From the NCBI GenBank assembly GCA_964016885.1, contig OZ024742.1, positions 89,280,001 to 89,344,000 on the forward strand: a stretch of 64,000 nt of DNA, read 5' to 3'. Each line of letters begins with the position of its first letter. Position 1 is the stretch's first letter. The translations under genes and the position numbers were made by a program. The DNA is from Eledone cirrhosa (taxonomy: Eukaryota). This document shows positions 40,929 to 55,500 of the stretch, piece by piece. A model generated the notes under the pieces. The model saw only the letters and a program-made list of their open reading frames with translations. It searched no databases and was not told where the DNA came from.

Positions 40929-43172
40929 TGGATTGAGACAGTACAGAGGGAGATCGGTGAGCAGGCACAGCAACAGACTGATTTGAGTATCACAGTTGAA
41001 ACTCTTAAGGGGCAAGCCAAAAAACTAACCAACTGGAAATCACCAGGCCCAGATGGTGTGCAGGGGTATTGGATTAAACATTTAACATCCCTCCACCCGA
41101 AGCTGACGGCCATGTTCAATGACTGCTTGGTGTCGGGTGAGGTGCCAGAGTGGTTGACAAAAGGTACCACAGTTCTGATAATGAAAGACCAAATCAAGGG
41201 TAATGATGTCACCAACTATAGACCTATCACATGTCTGCCCGTAATGTGGAAACTGTTGACGAGCATTGTGTCTGAGGAAATCTACCATCACCTCCACACA
41301 AACAACTTGTTGCCGGACGAACAGAAAGGATGCCGAAAGAAGTCACGTGGTACAAAGGACCAGTTGCTTATTGATAAGATGGTAATGGGGAATTGCAGGA
41401 GGAGACACACTGATCTTGCCATGGGATGGATAGACTACAGAAAGGCATTTGACATGGTGCCTCATTCCTGGATCACCAAAAGCCTGGAGATCTTCAGGGT
41501 GGCAGATAACATCAGACAGTTGCTGGGCAGGAGTATGGGGTCCTGGGAGACAGAGTTGACATCAACTGGAGTATCCTTGGGAAGCGTGAAGATCAAGAGA
41601 GGTATCTTCCAGGGAGATAGCCTGTCCCCTCTGTTGTTTGTCCTTGCCCTGATGCCCTTGACCATTATGCTGCGAAAAGTGAGAGCAGGATACAAGTTGG
41701 GAAGGGGAGAGCTTACCATCAATCACCTCCTCTTCATGGACGACCTTAAGCTCTTCGGGAAAAGTGAGAAGGAGTTGGATGTGCTTGTTGACACTGTCCG
41801 TATTTTCAGCAGTGATATATGTATGCAGTTTGGTATTGGTAAATGTGGAGTCATTGTGATGAGGAGGGGTAGGTTGAGCAGAAGTAACGGGATCCAGATA
41901 CCAACAGGTGAGATGATAAAGGAAATTGACTCTGAGGAAGGATACAAGTATTTGGGCGTTCTGGAGGCTGATGGCATAAAGAACAAAAAAATGAAGGAAT
42001 TGTTAAGAACTGAATACATTCGGAGAGTAAGGAGCGTATTGAAGTCACATCTGAACAGCAGAAATGCCATAAGCGCAGTAAATTCCCGAGCTGTGTCTAT
42101 TATTAGGTACAGTGCGGGAATTCTGAGATGGAATGTTGCTGAACAAAAAGAAATGGATAGGAAGACTAGGAAGCTATTGACTATCTACAACATGTTCCAC
42201 AAGAGGAGTGATGTCGATAGACTCTACCTAAGGAGATCTGAGGGTGGAAGAGGTCTTATCAGCATAGAGGACTGTGTTCAGATGGAGAAAAACAACCTAT
42301 ACAAATACGTGACCTATAGTAAGGAGCCAATGCTCAGAGCTGTACTGAAGGAGGGGACAGTAGGCCAGGGGATACCCAAGGAGGAAATAACATCAAGGAG
42401 GAAGAGCAGCCTTAAGGGAAAATCCCTTCATAGTACCTTCTTTGAGAAAACTGAATTTAGAGATCCACAGACATGGAACTGGTTGAGAAGAGGAGACCTC
42501 AAAAAGGCTACAGAAGGAATGCTAATGGCTGCGCAGGAGCAGGCCCTCAAAACGAAGTGGTTGAAGCACCATATCTACAAGGAGGAGGCTAGCCCACTGT
42601 GCAGGATCTGTGGAGAGAGAGAGGAGACTGTGGCTCACATTGTGTCCGAGTGTAAACACCTAGCCCAGACCCACTATAAGGGCTGGAGACACGATGTGAT
42701 GGGCAGGGTGATCCACTGGCACCTGTGCAAAGTAAACAATCTACCACATTCTGAGAAATGGTATGAGCATAGGCCAGAGGCGGTGATGGAGAACAATCAG
42801 GTGAAGGTGCTGTGGGATTTTAGGATACAGACGGACAAAAAACTGGAACACAATAGACCTGACCTGGTGGTTGTGGACAAAGAAAAAAGATCGTGCCTGA
42901 TTGTGGATGTGGCCTGCCCGTTCGACACGAGAGTGCAAGAGAAGGAGAGGGAGAAAATTGACCGATACCAGGACCTAAAGTGGGAGGTGAAAAGGATTTG
43001 GAACTGCCATGAAGTCAAAGTGATCCCGATTGTCATAGGCGCACTGGGGACTATCTCCAAAGGTTTCCAGGGATGGTTAAAGAAAATCGGCCCCTTCACG
43101 CTTTTTGGAACGCTTCAAAAGGCATGCTTGCTTGGAACGGCAAGAACCCTCCGATACGTCCTGAATATCTGA
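40926..43172 (+). CDS. R4/Dong-clade LINE RT plus restriction-like endonuclease, 5'-truncated but uninterrupted (748 aa)
   Basis: KSPGPDG, YRPITCL, WIDYRKAFD, GIFQGDSLSP, LFMDD, YKYLG, CRIC..H..C, RHD and RPDL..D..K. 3' UTR runs to 43246, then (AAT)n. Confidence 0.93.
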
Positions 43173-43258
43173 GGCTGCAGGTAGTGGCTTGATATTCAAT
43201 CCAACGGACTTTCCAGTTGACCAACATCAATGACTGAGATTCAAGGAATAACAATAAC

Positions 43259-43329
<71 letters not shown>

Positions 43330-44304
43330 GGGAAGAAGACGCACGTGGTGGTAGAAGGTCATGAAATCGCTCCCGTAAGTTTTTGATTTTTAACATATTT
43401 AAATCAATTGTGAAATAACAATTCTTAGTACAAATGTTGCATAAACCACCGAATCAAGTCCCATAAAATTTCGAATCCATATTATATTGTTATATCGCTC
43501 AAATATGCAATTTTGTATTATATATTTTGTATTCAAAAAAGAAAATGGTTATAAAAGGAAGAAAACACCCTCTGTCTACACTATATAGAACAGCCAAATA
43601 ACAGCAATTTCACCAACACCATAAACTTGATACACCACCTACCCCATCACACTAAATATAACAGCCAGATAAAGGCAATTTCACCACCACCACCACCAAC
43701 CCCAGCATCATAATAATAATTACTATTATTATTGTCTCAAGTTTTAGCAAAATGTTTAATTCCAATTTTACGGGAATATGTCAACACAATATATATTAAA
43801 CATACGCGACACAAACTCATAGATACTACATATCACAAAACTCAGTAACGACAACGCAACCGCCGCCACCACTCCATCCATCATTGCTACCACTATCCCA
43901 TCACCGCCGCCACCATTCCTTCATTGCTACCACCACTATTCCCCTGTTAACTTGAGAAAGGGGAAGGTGGCGGTATCACTAGACAAGGGAGAGGCTAGCA
44001 AAAGATATAAATAGATTGACTTAGAGACCTGGCCACCGGCCAAACGCCAACAACTATGGCACTGCTGGCTCACCCCTTCCTCACCAACAATATAAAAAGC
44101 CCCAGCACCACCACCGACATAGCCAACAACAATAACAGGCAACTTCAGCAAAAAGTATATTATATTATTGTAATGCACTGGGTGATTGCTGGCCTTGTGC
44201 CTGGAGTGGAGACAATTATTAATAATTTCATTCTTAAGCCACGCAATGCTCACATTAAGGAACCACTCATGATAATAACAATTTAAAAAAAACAACAAAA
44301 AGAA

Positions 44305-47300
44305 AACCCCGTGACCAAGAAATACCGGGATGGCGGCCGGCGGCGAATAGCCGTGTCTCTAGGGAAGAACGACCCCTCTAGTCTTGGTTGACACTCATTC
44401 TAGAAGTGGTAACGCGAAATGATTACCCCTTGGCGGATAAGGATAAAACGCGACAAAATAAAGTAAATGTCTAATGATAAAATCTCATACCGGATCGGCC
44501 GTCACCCGGGTAAAAAAGGGCCGCGTCCCTCAGAGAGGAACCAGACTGGGGTCGAACAATCAGCTAATCGTTCAAACCTTCCCATCACTTCGGAGCTGGA
44601 GACCTCCCATAACCCTAATACTCCTACTGTTGGCCCTCCATGCTCACCACCAAGAAATCCAAAGAAAAAGAGAGAAAAATGGTCAAGGGAAGATAATAAA
44701 GAAGTCCTTGAGGCTTTCTACACTGCCATGTAATACCCATCAAATACATCGAATACAGAACAGACATATATCAACTGGAAAAAGAAACATCCCGAAAACA
44801 GAGGCTATATTGACAGTAACAAACTAGCCAATATACGAAGAAATATTGTAAGAAGAAAGTTACTAACTGATATAGAAATTGATCAGATCAAGCTATTAGC
44901 ACAAAGTCAGCGAAGGGAAAATGAAACATGTGTCAGTGAAAACGAGGTAAATTGTAACACTTCGAATCCCAGGGTTGGGGCGTAATCACTGGCAACAGAA
45001 CATATTAAAGAAAGGATCGAAAAAGTGGAGGGAGTGCATGCTCAAGATGAAACTCCAAATGAAAATAATGAGATCGTAAATGATAAAGAAATGAATGAGA
45101 ATGAACTTGCCAACTTGAAGGATGAAATTATGATCGAATGGAGGAAAATGAAAGAATCTGACATGGGGCAACGAGACACCCTCCCTAAGATCCAGAACTC
45201 CAAACAGAACCAAAAGATAATACACATGACTAACATAATTCTCAAAAACATTATCATCACAAACAAACTAAACATTACTGATTTAAATCATCTCTATTAT
45301 GCATCGGCTAAAGTCACCACTCACTTATGTGGAGTGAAGATGAAAAAACAGAGGAATTCCCACAAGAAATCTACTTGGCAAGAGAACATCAATCGACAAA
45401 TAAACCTTCTCCGATCTGACATAGAAATTTTAACAAACTATAAAATAGGTGAACATGTTAAACAAACTAAACCTAGAAAATTGAAAAAAAAGTACAGTAT
45501 AAAATCAACAAGTGACATAGACATGCTGATAGAAATAATCAAGCAAAAAGTGTCGGCCAAAGCTGCTCGTATAAGGCGCATTGAAAAACGATCTAGATTC
45601 TATAAGGACAATAATATGTTCAAAAACAACCAAAGAAACTTCTACAGAAAAATTGGTAAGTCAACAATAACTGCTAAATCAATACCACCCAAGGAGGAAG
45701 TGCAAGAATTCTGGGAAAAGATCTGGGCCGAAGAAAAAGTTCATAACATACATGCCCCATGGATAGACAGACAAATGAAAGATACAGCTCACCTTGAGGA
45801 ACAAATATGGGAAAATATAACAGTTGAACAGTTGCGCTTGGCTCTAAGAAAAACCAGCAAATGGAAATCCCAAGGAAAAGACAAAATACAAAACTTTTGG
45901 ATAAATGCCTTCACAGAGTCTCATGAGCTGTTAGCCCAACTTTACAATGAAATAGTTAAGGAGCCAGAAAAGATACCATCATGGCTAGTTAACGGCATTA
46001 CTGCTTCCGAAGAATGATGAGACAAACAACCCCAAAAATTACAGACCGATAACCTGCTTGACCACAATGTATAAAATTTTAACATCAGTCCTAACTGAAT
46101 ACACATATGACCACTTGATAACAAATGACCTATTTCCCATTGAGCAGAAAGGGTGTAAACGAGGCTCATATGGCTGTAAGGATCAGCTTCTGGTTAACAA
46201 AATGATACTGGAAGATTGTCATAATAGACACAAAAATCTATCGATTGCTTGGATAGATTATAAAAAAGCAATCGATAGTTTGCCACACAGTTGGATTGAA
46301 AAATGTTTAGAGATTTTCAAAATATCCCCCATTGTCAGGAGGTTTTTGTCATTCAGTATGAAGACATGGAAAACGATACTCCTTTTGAATAGTGAAACAC
46401 AATCACTGGAAGCTGGAGAAGTTAATATTAATTGTGGAATTTTTCAGGGTGTCGCTTTATCACCGCTTTTATTCTGCTCGCACTTATACCATTAAGTAAA
46501 ATGCTCAATGAAACAAAACATGGATATAAAGTCTATGACAAAACCATTAATCACTTGTTCTACATGGATGACCTGAAACTATTTGCAAAAAATGATGAAC
46601 AATTGCAAGGGCTATTATCCACTGTGGAGCAGTTCAGTGATGACATTAAAATGGAGTTTGGACTAGATAAATGCGCCAAAGCAACGTTCACCAGAGGAAA
46701 GCTGCTGAAGAGTTCAGACATTAATCTTGATCGGGGGAACGTGATAAGAGAACTTGATCAAGAAAAAACTTACAAATATCTAGGTGTTTGTGAAGGAAAC
46801 GGAATCAAGCACACGACAATGAGGGAAAGGATAAGGAAAGAATGTTACCGCAGAGTAAGAGCAATCTTAAGAACGGAATTGAATGCAAGGAATAGGATCG
46901 ATGCCATAAACACGCTTGCCATACCAGTAGTAACCTACAGTTACAATGTCATCAACTGGTCAAGCACAGAGATCCGTAGGCTCGATACATAAATTCGAAA
47001 ATTCTTAACCATGTACAGAATGCATCACCCTAAGGCAGAAATAGATATAATATATCTCCCTAGGAAAGAAGGAGGACGTGGGTTAATCCAGTCAGACATT
47101 GCGTTGAAAACTGCAACAATTGGATTATCTACACATCTAAGGGAATCACATGATTGGATGATCAAACTCGCTTTGAAACACGAAAGCATCAAAAGATCAT
47201 ATTCCATTACAAAAAATGCACAAAGATACAGTAATGGACTACAAATTTCAGAAGTCCCATTTACTGTTGAAATGGAAAACACAGAAAAAGCAAAGCAGGT

Positions 47301-48272
47301 ATAAGTAACTGCAAAGAAAGAACTGCTACAGAAACTGGCTAAGAAATGGCAAGAAAAGCCTCTGTATGGAAAATACCCAGAGCGAGCTAACAATCCTGAT
47401 GTTGACAAAACTTTAACCCATCAGTGGTTGGCATCCTCTGGACTGAAATCGGAGACTGAAGGACTGATTATATCAGCACAAGATCAGTGTCTGCCAACAA
47501 AAAATTACCAAGCCAACATAATAAAAAATGGATGCAGCCCATTATGCCGTGTATGCAAAAAACAACCAGAGACCATTGACCATATAATTTCAATGTGCAG
47601 TCCTATAGCTCCAACCGAATTCCTAAACAGGCATGACAGAGCTGCATAATACATACATTGGATAATGTGTAAGCATTTTGACCTGCCCCATCAAAAGAAT
47701 TGGTGGGAGCATCAACCACCTCCCATACATGAAAAAGATCACATCTCAATCTTGTGGAACTTTAGCATCCAAACAGACCGAAAAATAGATGCAAATAGAC
47801 CTGATATAATATTGAAGGACTTTAAAAAGAGGGTATTCCTGCTAATTGATATGTCTGTTCCAATAGACAAGAATGTATCTATAAAAACATTTGAAAAATT
47901 GAGCAAGTATAAGGACCTGGAGACAGAAATTGGAAAAATGTGGAAATTGAGAACTAAAACAATACCAGTGGTTGTAGGCGCTCTGGGAATGATACCTAAG
48001 GGGTCTAATGATTACTTATCGCAAATCCCAGGAAACCCGCGTATAGGAGAAATACAAAAGATAGTACTAATGGGAACTGCTCATATACTAAGGAAGATTC
48101 TGTCAATATACGTACATCACAAGTCTAAACACTAAAGATGCATGCGTGAGTATGTATGTTCTTTCTTGAACATGGCGGACCTTGTTGTCTCTTGAGGTCA
48201 CTGGTTGTGACTTGGTGATAACTCGTATGAACATAAAGCAAGATAAATGCAACTGTAATAATAATAATAATT
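44305..48272 (+). mobile_element. Full-length degenerate R4/Dong LINE, family 2
   Basis: Broken ORF 44467-48135 with KWSREDN, YRPITCL, FYMDD, CRVC..H..C, RHD and RPDII. Short (AAT)n tail. Confidence 0.9.
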
Positions 48273-48749
48273 CAACTACTTCAACTTCAACACCGTCACT
48301 ACAGTACTACGATCACATCACCACCACCACTGCGTCATTATCGCTACCGCCGCTATTCTCCCCTACTACCTCCTGCTAAGTACTACTAGCACAGCAGCAC
48401 CACCACCATACCACCACAGCCTCATTATCACTACCGCCGCTATTCTCTCCCACTACCTCCTGCTAAGACATGCATCGTAGTGTCCCCACTAAAAGAGGAA
48501 AGCATCAAAAGATATAAATAGTCTGATTTGATGACCCGGTCAAAAAATCAAAAAACAAAAATCAAAATCAAACAGCACAGCAACAACGAAAACGTAAAGA
48601 AAATAAAAATGAAAAGAAAAACAGACAGACAGAGAAGGAAAAAAAAAACTATGTCAGACATTCAAACATTACATTACAATGAAACTTATGCTTATTCTTT
48701 TTGTATTTTTTTTTACCTATTTGTTTGTTTGTTTATTTATGTTCGTCTA

Positions 48750-51700
48750 CAGCGTGATAGTGCCACACTAAAATCACCGGGGGTGATGAAATCACCGGTG
48801 GTTATGTAACCATACATTCACCAATCCTCGATAAGAATGTTTAAATGTCGAACCTAAACAGTTCGAATAACGGTGAAGTGGAGACTGGAATGTCATGTGA
48901 CAGACTCTCACCCAGCAGGTGCTCCCTGGCTCAGCAGCAGGGACCTGGATGTCAACCAAATACTGCTGGTGTCGGAGGAAGAAGAAGAAGGAAAGGGACC
49001 AGAACCAACTGGACGAAAGAATTGAATAGAACTGTTATGCAATGTTACCTGAAGAGTAACCCAAAGGAGAAAGGCTATAGGAAACGGATGCATAACATCT
49101 GGAACGAGATTGGTCTATTTAAATTAGATGAACAAAAATTGGCCGGGCAGGCTCGGGTAATAAGAACTAATGGGTGGATAAGCGAGCTGGAATTGGAGGA
49201 ACTGAGCAGAGAGATTAGGTTGGAAATGGAGAGTGGAGTATGCCAGGCAAACGAGTCAGGGGAAAATGAAGGTGAAGAGGTTGAGAGAACGGAGGAACCA
49301 TCCGAAGCAGACAATAATCTGAATGCTGAAATAAATAATGCCTGGAACAAAGATACGGCCATTGAGGAGATGAATGCTGACGGGCTAGAACAAGATTTGG
49401 TTGATATACTAAACTTAGTGGTAGATGAATTGAACAATGATAGTGGGAAACCTATGAACCTAAGATTTGTAGACAGGAAAAAGTTAAAAGAAACAACAGC
49501 TAAGGTAAACAAAGTCATCCCATACCTTGAGGCGAGGAGCCTTCACCAGTGCAACAATATCCTCAAAGCAACAGCAAATGCGGTGAGGAAATTACTTGGC
49601 ATAAAAGCGAGAGGAAACAACAAACAAGAAAGATCAGAACCTTGGTGGAAGAAACAACTGAATGGTCAAATCAGGGAAATGACATTGGAAAGCTTGAGTC
49701 CCTACTTAATGGGACACTAAAAAACATAGACACTAAAAATAGACTGGAAATAAAGTACAAAACTAGGAGGAAAAAGCTAAATATTATCATAGAGGAACTG
49801 AAGCAACGCATTGTAGCAAAGAGTGCAAAAATTAGACGATACGAGAGCAGAGTCAGTCAGTATAGACAGAACCGCATGTTTGACAACAACCAGAAGATGC
49901 TGTTTGGACAGCTTGAGGGGAAAGAAAGAGGCAACGACTTGATCCCTGAGGCGGAACAAACTAAGACATTCTGGAGAGAAATATGGGAGCAGAATGTTAA
50001 ACATAATGACCAGGCAGTGTGGATTGAGACAGTACAAAAGGAAATTAGTGAACAGGCACACCAACAAACTGATTTGAGTATCACAGTTGAAACTCTTAAG
50101 GGGCAGGCCAAAAAACTAACCAACTGGAAATCACTAGGCCCAGATGGTGTGCAGGGGTATTTGATTAAAAATATAACATCCCTCCACCCGAAACTGACAA
50201 CCATGTTCAATGACTGCTTGATGTCAGGTGAGGTACCAGAGTGGTTGACAAAAGGTACCACAGTTCTGGTAATGAAAGACCGAATCAAAGGTAATGATGT
50301 TTCCAAATATAGTCCTATCACATGTCTGTCCGTAATGTGGAAACTGTTGACAAGCATTATGTCTGAGGAAATCTACCATCACCTCCATACAAACAACTTC
50401 TTACCGGACGAACAGAAAGGATGCCGAAAGAAGTCCCGTGGTACAAAGGACCAGTTACTTACTGATAAGATGGTAATGAGAAATTGCAAGAGGAGACACA
50501 CTGGTCTTGCCATGGGATGGATAGACTACAAAAAGGCATTTGACATGGTGCCTCATTCTTGGATCACCAAAAGCCCAGAGATCTTCAAGGTGGCAGATAA
50601 CATCAGACAGTTGTTAGGCAAATGTATGAAGTCCTGGAAAACAGTGTTAACATCAGCTGGAGAATGCTTGGGAGACGTGAAGATCAAGAGAGGTATCTTC
50701 CAAGGAGATAGTCTGTCCCCTCTGTTGTTTGTACTTGCCCTGATGCCCCTGACCATTATACTGCGAAAAGTGAGAGCAGGATACAAGTTGGGAAAGGGAG
50801 AGCTTACCATCAATCACCTCCTCTTCATGGACGATCTTAAGCTCTTCGGGAAGAGTGAGAAGGAGTTGGATGTGCTCGTTCACACTGTCCGTATTTTCAG
50901 CAATGATATATGTATGCAATTTGGTATTAGTAAGTGTGGAGTCCTTGTGATGAAGATGGGTAAATTGAGCAGAAGTAACGGAATCCAGGTACCAACAGGA
51001 AATGATAAAGGAAATTGACACTGAGGAGGAATACAAGTATTTGGGTGTTCTGGAGGCTGATGACATCAAGAACAAAAAAATGAAGGAATTTATAAGATCT
51101 GAATACATTCGGAGAGTAAGGAGCGTATTAAAGTCACATCTGAACAGTAGGAATGCCATAAATGCAGTAAATTTCCGAGCTGTGTCTATTATTAGGTACA
51201 GTGCGGTGGATTGGCAGTATCGGTAGAGAGTCGGACACCATGCTTTCTAGCATAGTTACGTCTCTTTACGATCTGAGTTCAAATACCGCCGAGTTTGACT
51301 TTGCATTTCATCCTTACGGGGTCGATAAAATGCACTGGTAATGCACTGGGTAATTGCTGGCCTTGTGCCTAAAGTAGAAACAATTATTAGGTACAGTGCG
51401 GGAATTCTGAGATGGAATATTGCTGAACAAAAAGAAATGGATAGGAAGACTAGGAAGCTATTGACTATCTACAACATGTTCCACAAGAGGAGTGATGTCG
51501 ATAGACTCTACTTAAGGAGATCTGAAGGTGGAAGAGATTTTATCAGCATAGAGGACTGTATTCAGATGGAGAAAAACAACCTACACAAATACGTGACTGA
51601 TAGTAAGGAGCCAATCCTCAGAATTGTACTGAAGGAGAGGACAATAGACCAGGGGATGTCCAAGGAGGAAATAACAACAAGGAGAAAGAGCAGCCTTCAT

Positions 51701-52532
51701 GAAAAATCCCTTCATAGTACCTTCTTTGAGAAAACTGAATTCAGAGATCCAGAGACATGGAACTGGTTGAAAAGAGGAGACCTTAAAAAGGCTAGAGAAG
51801 GAATTCTAATGGCTGCGCAAGAGCAGGCCCTCAAAACGAAGTGGTTGCAACACCATATTTACAAGGAGGAGGCTAGCCCACTGTGCAGGATCTGTGGAGA
51901 GAGAGAGGAGACTGTGGCTCACATTGTATCCGAGTGTAAACACCTAGCCCAGACTCACTATAAGGGCTGGAGACATGATGTGATGGGCAGGGTGATCCAC
52001 TGGCACCTATGCAAAGTAAACAATTTACCACATTCTGAGAAGTGGTATGAGCATAAGCCAGAGTCGGTGATAGAAAACGATCAGGAGAAGGTGCTGTGGA
52101 ATTTTAGGATACAGATGGACAAGAAACTGGAACACAATAGACCTGACCTGGTGGTTTTGGACAAGGAAAAAGATCGTGCCTCATTGTCGATGTGGCCTGC
52201 CCATTCGACACGAGAGTGCAAGAGAAGGAGAGGGAGAAAATTAACCGATACCAGGACTTAAAGTGGGAGGTAAAAAGGATTTGGAACTGCCATGAAGTCA
52301 AAGTGGTCCCGATTGTCATAGGCGCACTAGGTACTATCTCAAAAAGTTTCCAGGGATGGTTAAAGAAAATTGGCCCCGCCACGCTTTTTGGAACGCTTCA
52401 AAAGGCATGCTTGCTGGGAACAGCAAGAACCCTCCGATACGTCCTGAATATCTGAATCTGCAGGTAGTGGCTTGATATTCATTTCAACAAACTTTCCAGT
52501 TAACTAACATCAATGATTGAGACTCAAAGAAC
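48750..52532 (+). mobile_element. Full-length degenerate R4/Dong LINE, same family as 40926
   Basis: ORF pieces 48845-52455 with frameshifts and a SINE insertion. High identity to 40926-43246. Confidence 0.92.
51203..51386 (+). mobile_element. Full-length S1 SINE with target-site duplication
   Basis: ATTATTAGGTACAGTGCGG is duplicated at 51188-51206 and 51383-51401. The insertion is absent from the paralog near 42100. Confidence 0.92.
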
Positions 52533-52598
<66 letters not shown>

Positions 52599-52599
<1 letters not shown>

Positions 52600-55500
52600 T
52601 TTTCTTTATTAACCACAAGGGTTTACATAAAGTAGACATTAAGGACAGTACAGGACAATACAGGACGGTACAAATGGGCATTTCTGCGTGTAAAAAAAAC
52701 AGAGCATGAAATAAAATAACAAAGAAAAATTCCCCAATAGGGGGGAGACTTCCGAGGGACATTTGTGGAGAAAGCCCATTAAAAGACCACAGTGGCCCTG
52801 ACCACCAGGGCAAGTGCCCTCTCCCAGTTTTCCACCTTTAATTTACAGACAGATACTCAGAGAAGGCCCATTCATTCGGGCCATACTTGCTTCTCTCACC
52901 CATCTTTCAACAAAATGCTGCGAAGAGAGCACTTCCCTCTCTACCCTGATTTTCCTTTTCAAATGAAATTTGAAAAAGTTAATCAGGGCATCACCGAAGA
53001 GGTAAGTGCTCGTCTTCAGCCCTTTCAAACGTGTCCACCATACTATCTCTTTCGCCATGGCCACCAGACAGATATAAACTGCCTGCCCTTTCCGGCTAAA
53101 GGAAGGGGGCGGGGCAATCCTCACGATGGACTCAGCTGATAGCTGGATCCGTCCTACACGTGACAGCAGGTGTTCGACATAAACCCACAAGTCAGCAATG
53201 CTCGGACACTGGACGAGTGCGTGCAGGACGGTTTCGTCGCCCTGCGCGCATCTCGGACATGACCGGCTGACGGCACCTCCATGCCTGTAGAGTTTATCCC
53301 GAACTGGCAAAGCTCCTCGGTAGCACTGCCAGGCCAGGGATTTCTGGAAGTTGTCCATAGGCCCCGGCCCGAAAGTCCTTCCGAAGAGATTGGCTAGTTG
53401 ATTTTCGTCGACGCCTAGAGTTTCCCCAAGTACGTCGTCGCTCTTCCCCTCCACTAATCCCCTATAGAACGCCAAGGTGGAGTTTCCACCGATCACATTG
53501 CCCGATTGGTCGAGGGCTGTGAGCGCCTGAAGACATTCCAGTCTCCAAGCGCTCCCTCTCGATCTTCACTTGACCCAGGACTGCAGCTCCGTCAATGAGA
53601 CGAGCTGGGGAAAGACGTGTCTAGCAAACGGCGACCCCACCTGATCACCGTCGAGGAAGAGGTGGAGATGTCGTAGCCTGAGCGCGTGTCTGCGCATCAT
53701 CAGCCACGGCATGCCCAGCCCTCCACGTAGCGGGTGTTGACAACAGATGGACCGCCTGACCATCGGAGCGCGTCCCGTCCACAAGAAGCGAAAGAGCAAA
53801 CGCTCCAGCGCAGTCAGGCGGGGCTTAGGACAAGGTACGACGGTCAGGCGGTAGTAGATGACGGACGCGATGTACGCGTTAGCCACTTCCGCTCGACCTT
53901 TCAGGGATAGCTTCCTCTCGGCCCATTTCTGGGTGAGAGAAGCCACCCTGCTCGTCACCTCGTCCCAGTTTTTGTCCGTTTGGAGGTCTGGACCGAACCA
54001 GACCCCTAGCAATTTAACCGGTCCGTCCGCCCAGTGCCCGATGACGCTGTTGGACGGCATGGACCTTCCTCTCCAGGTGCCGAGCTGCAGGCCCACTGAC
54101 TTTTCCTGGTTGATCATTGCTCCTGTCACCGCTTCGTATTCTCTTAGTGTAGTGCCGATCGCCTCGATGTGTTTGGCGTTCGACACCACTACGGTGACAT
54201 GGTCGGCATATGCTGACACGGATCTTCGGCATCCTAGTTCGCGCGGGACCCCCCTCAACGTCTCCAGTGTGTGCAGTAATGGCTCGAGAGTCAATACGTA
54301 CAATAGGGACGAGAGGCGACATCCTTGGCGGACCGAGCGCATGATGTTGAACGGTTCCGAAAGGTGACCGTTCACTCTCACTACAGAGCAGATGTCGCTG
54401 TGCATGGCAGCGATCCAGCCTCTGAAGACGGGCCCAAAGCCAGCCGCCCTCAGGACTGCCGCTAGGTAACGATGGTCGACCCTATCGAAGGCTTTCGACT
54501 GATCTAAATTGATCAAAGACCCACCCGTGCCAGGTTCTCTAGCTACCCTCTCTACGATGTATCGCATGAGGTGGATGTTGTCGTGAATGGATCTGTCGGG
54601 AATGGCGCATGTCTGTGCCTCTCCCACCAGACCACCAACGACAAGCGCCAACATCTTTGCTAGCACCTTGGCCAAAATCTTGAACTCTGTGTTTAGCAGA
54701 GTTATGGGCCTAAAATTATCTATGTTATCCCCCTTGTTCGGATCCTTTCTCAGCAGCGCCACCGCTCCTCGGCTCACAGAGCTGGGAATTCTCCCGTTCT
54801 GTTGCCAGTTGCAGTAGACGTCCGCCAAGAGGCCTCCGAACAAGTTTGGCATTTGTACGTAAAGTTCATAGGGCAGACCATCTAAACCAGGCGATTTACC
54901 CCTTGTGCAACTAGTCATTGCATCCCGTACGTCAGCGGTTGTTATCGGCTTTTCGCAACACTCCGCCTCAGTGGCCGAAAGCCGCGGCAGTCCGTCGAGG
55001 TAGACACTAAAGTCCATCCCTCGATCCGGCCCGCCACTGCCCCCGAACAGTTGAGCGAAGTGTCGCTGAAAAGCTTCACACATTTGCCCGGGATCGAGTA
55101 GCATGCGCCCGTCGTGGCCCACCAAAGACCGGATCGTGGCTTTGTTGCCACGACGCGCCTCCGCCACTCAGGCCCATTGAACGGCTTTCGTCCCCTCGTG
55201 TCTGAGAGCACGCACCCTAGCTCTGACAACGCAGCCTTCGTGCTTTGCATTGAAGAATTGGTCATGGGCCAATTTCGCCGCAAGCAGTTCGGTCGCGATG
55301 CCTTTGCTAAGCGCCTCGTCTAATTTTTTAACTAGTTCTCCCTCTGCTCTATTTTTCTCTATTGCTAAAGCCTTACTAAACCTAATGGATTCTATTCTAA
55401 TCGCTCTTTTCAGAGCAAACCACCACTTGTTGTTGACGATGGCCCCCGTCAACGCCCGCTTAACTAGTTCGCTAATCCGGTCTCTGTAGGCCTTGCGCGC

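Noticed and set aside
54196-54215. YADH as a novel RT active site
   Set aside because: The related fragment at about 14500 has YADD, so this is a point mutation in a dead copy.
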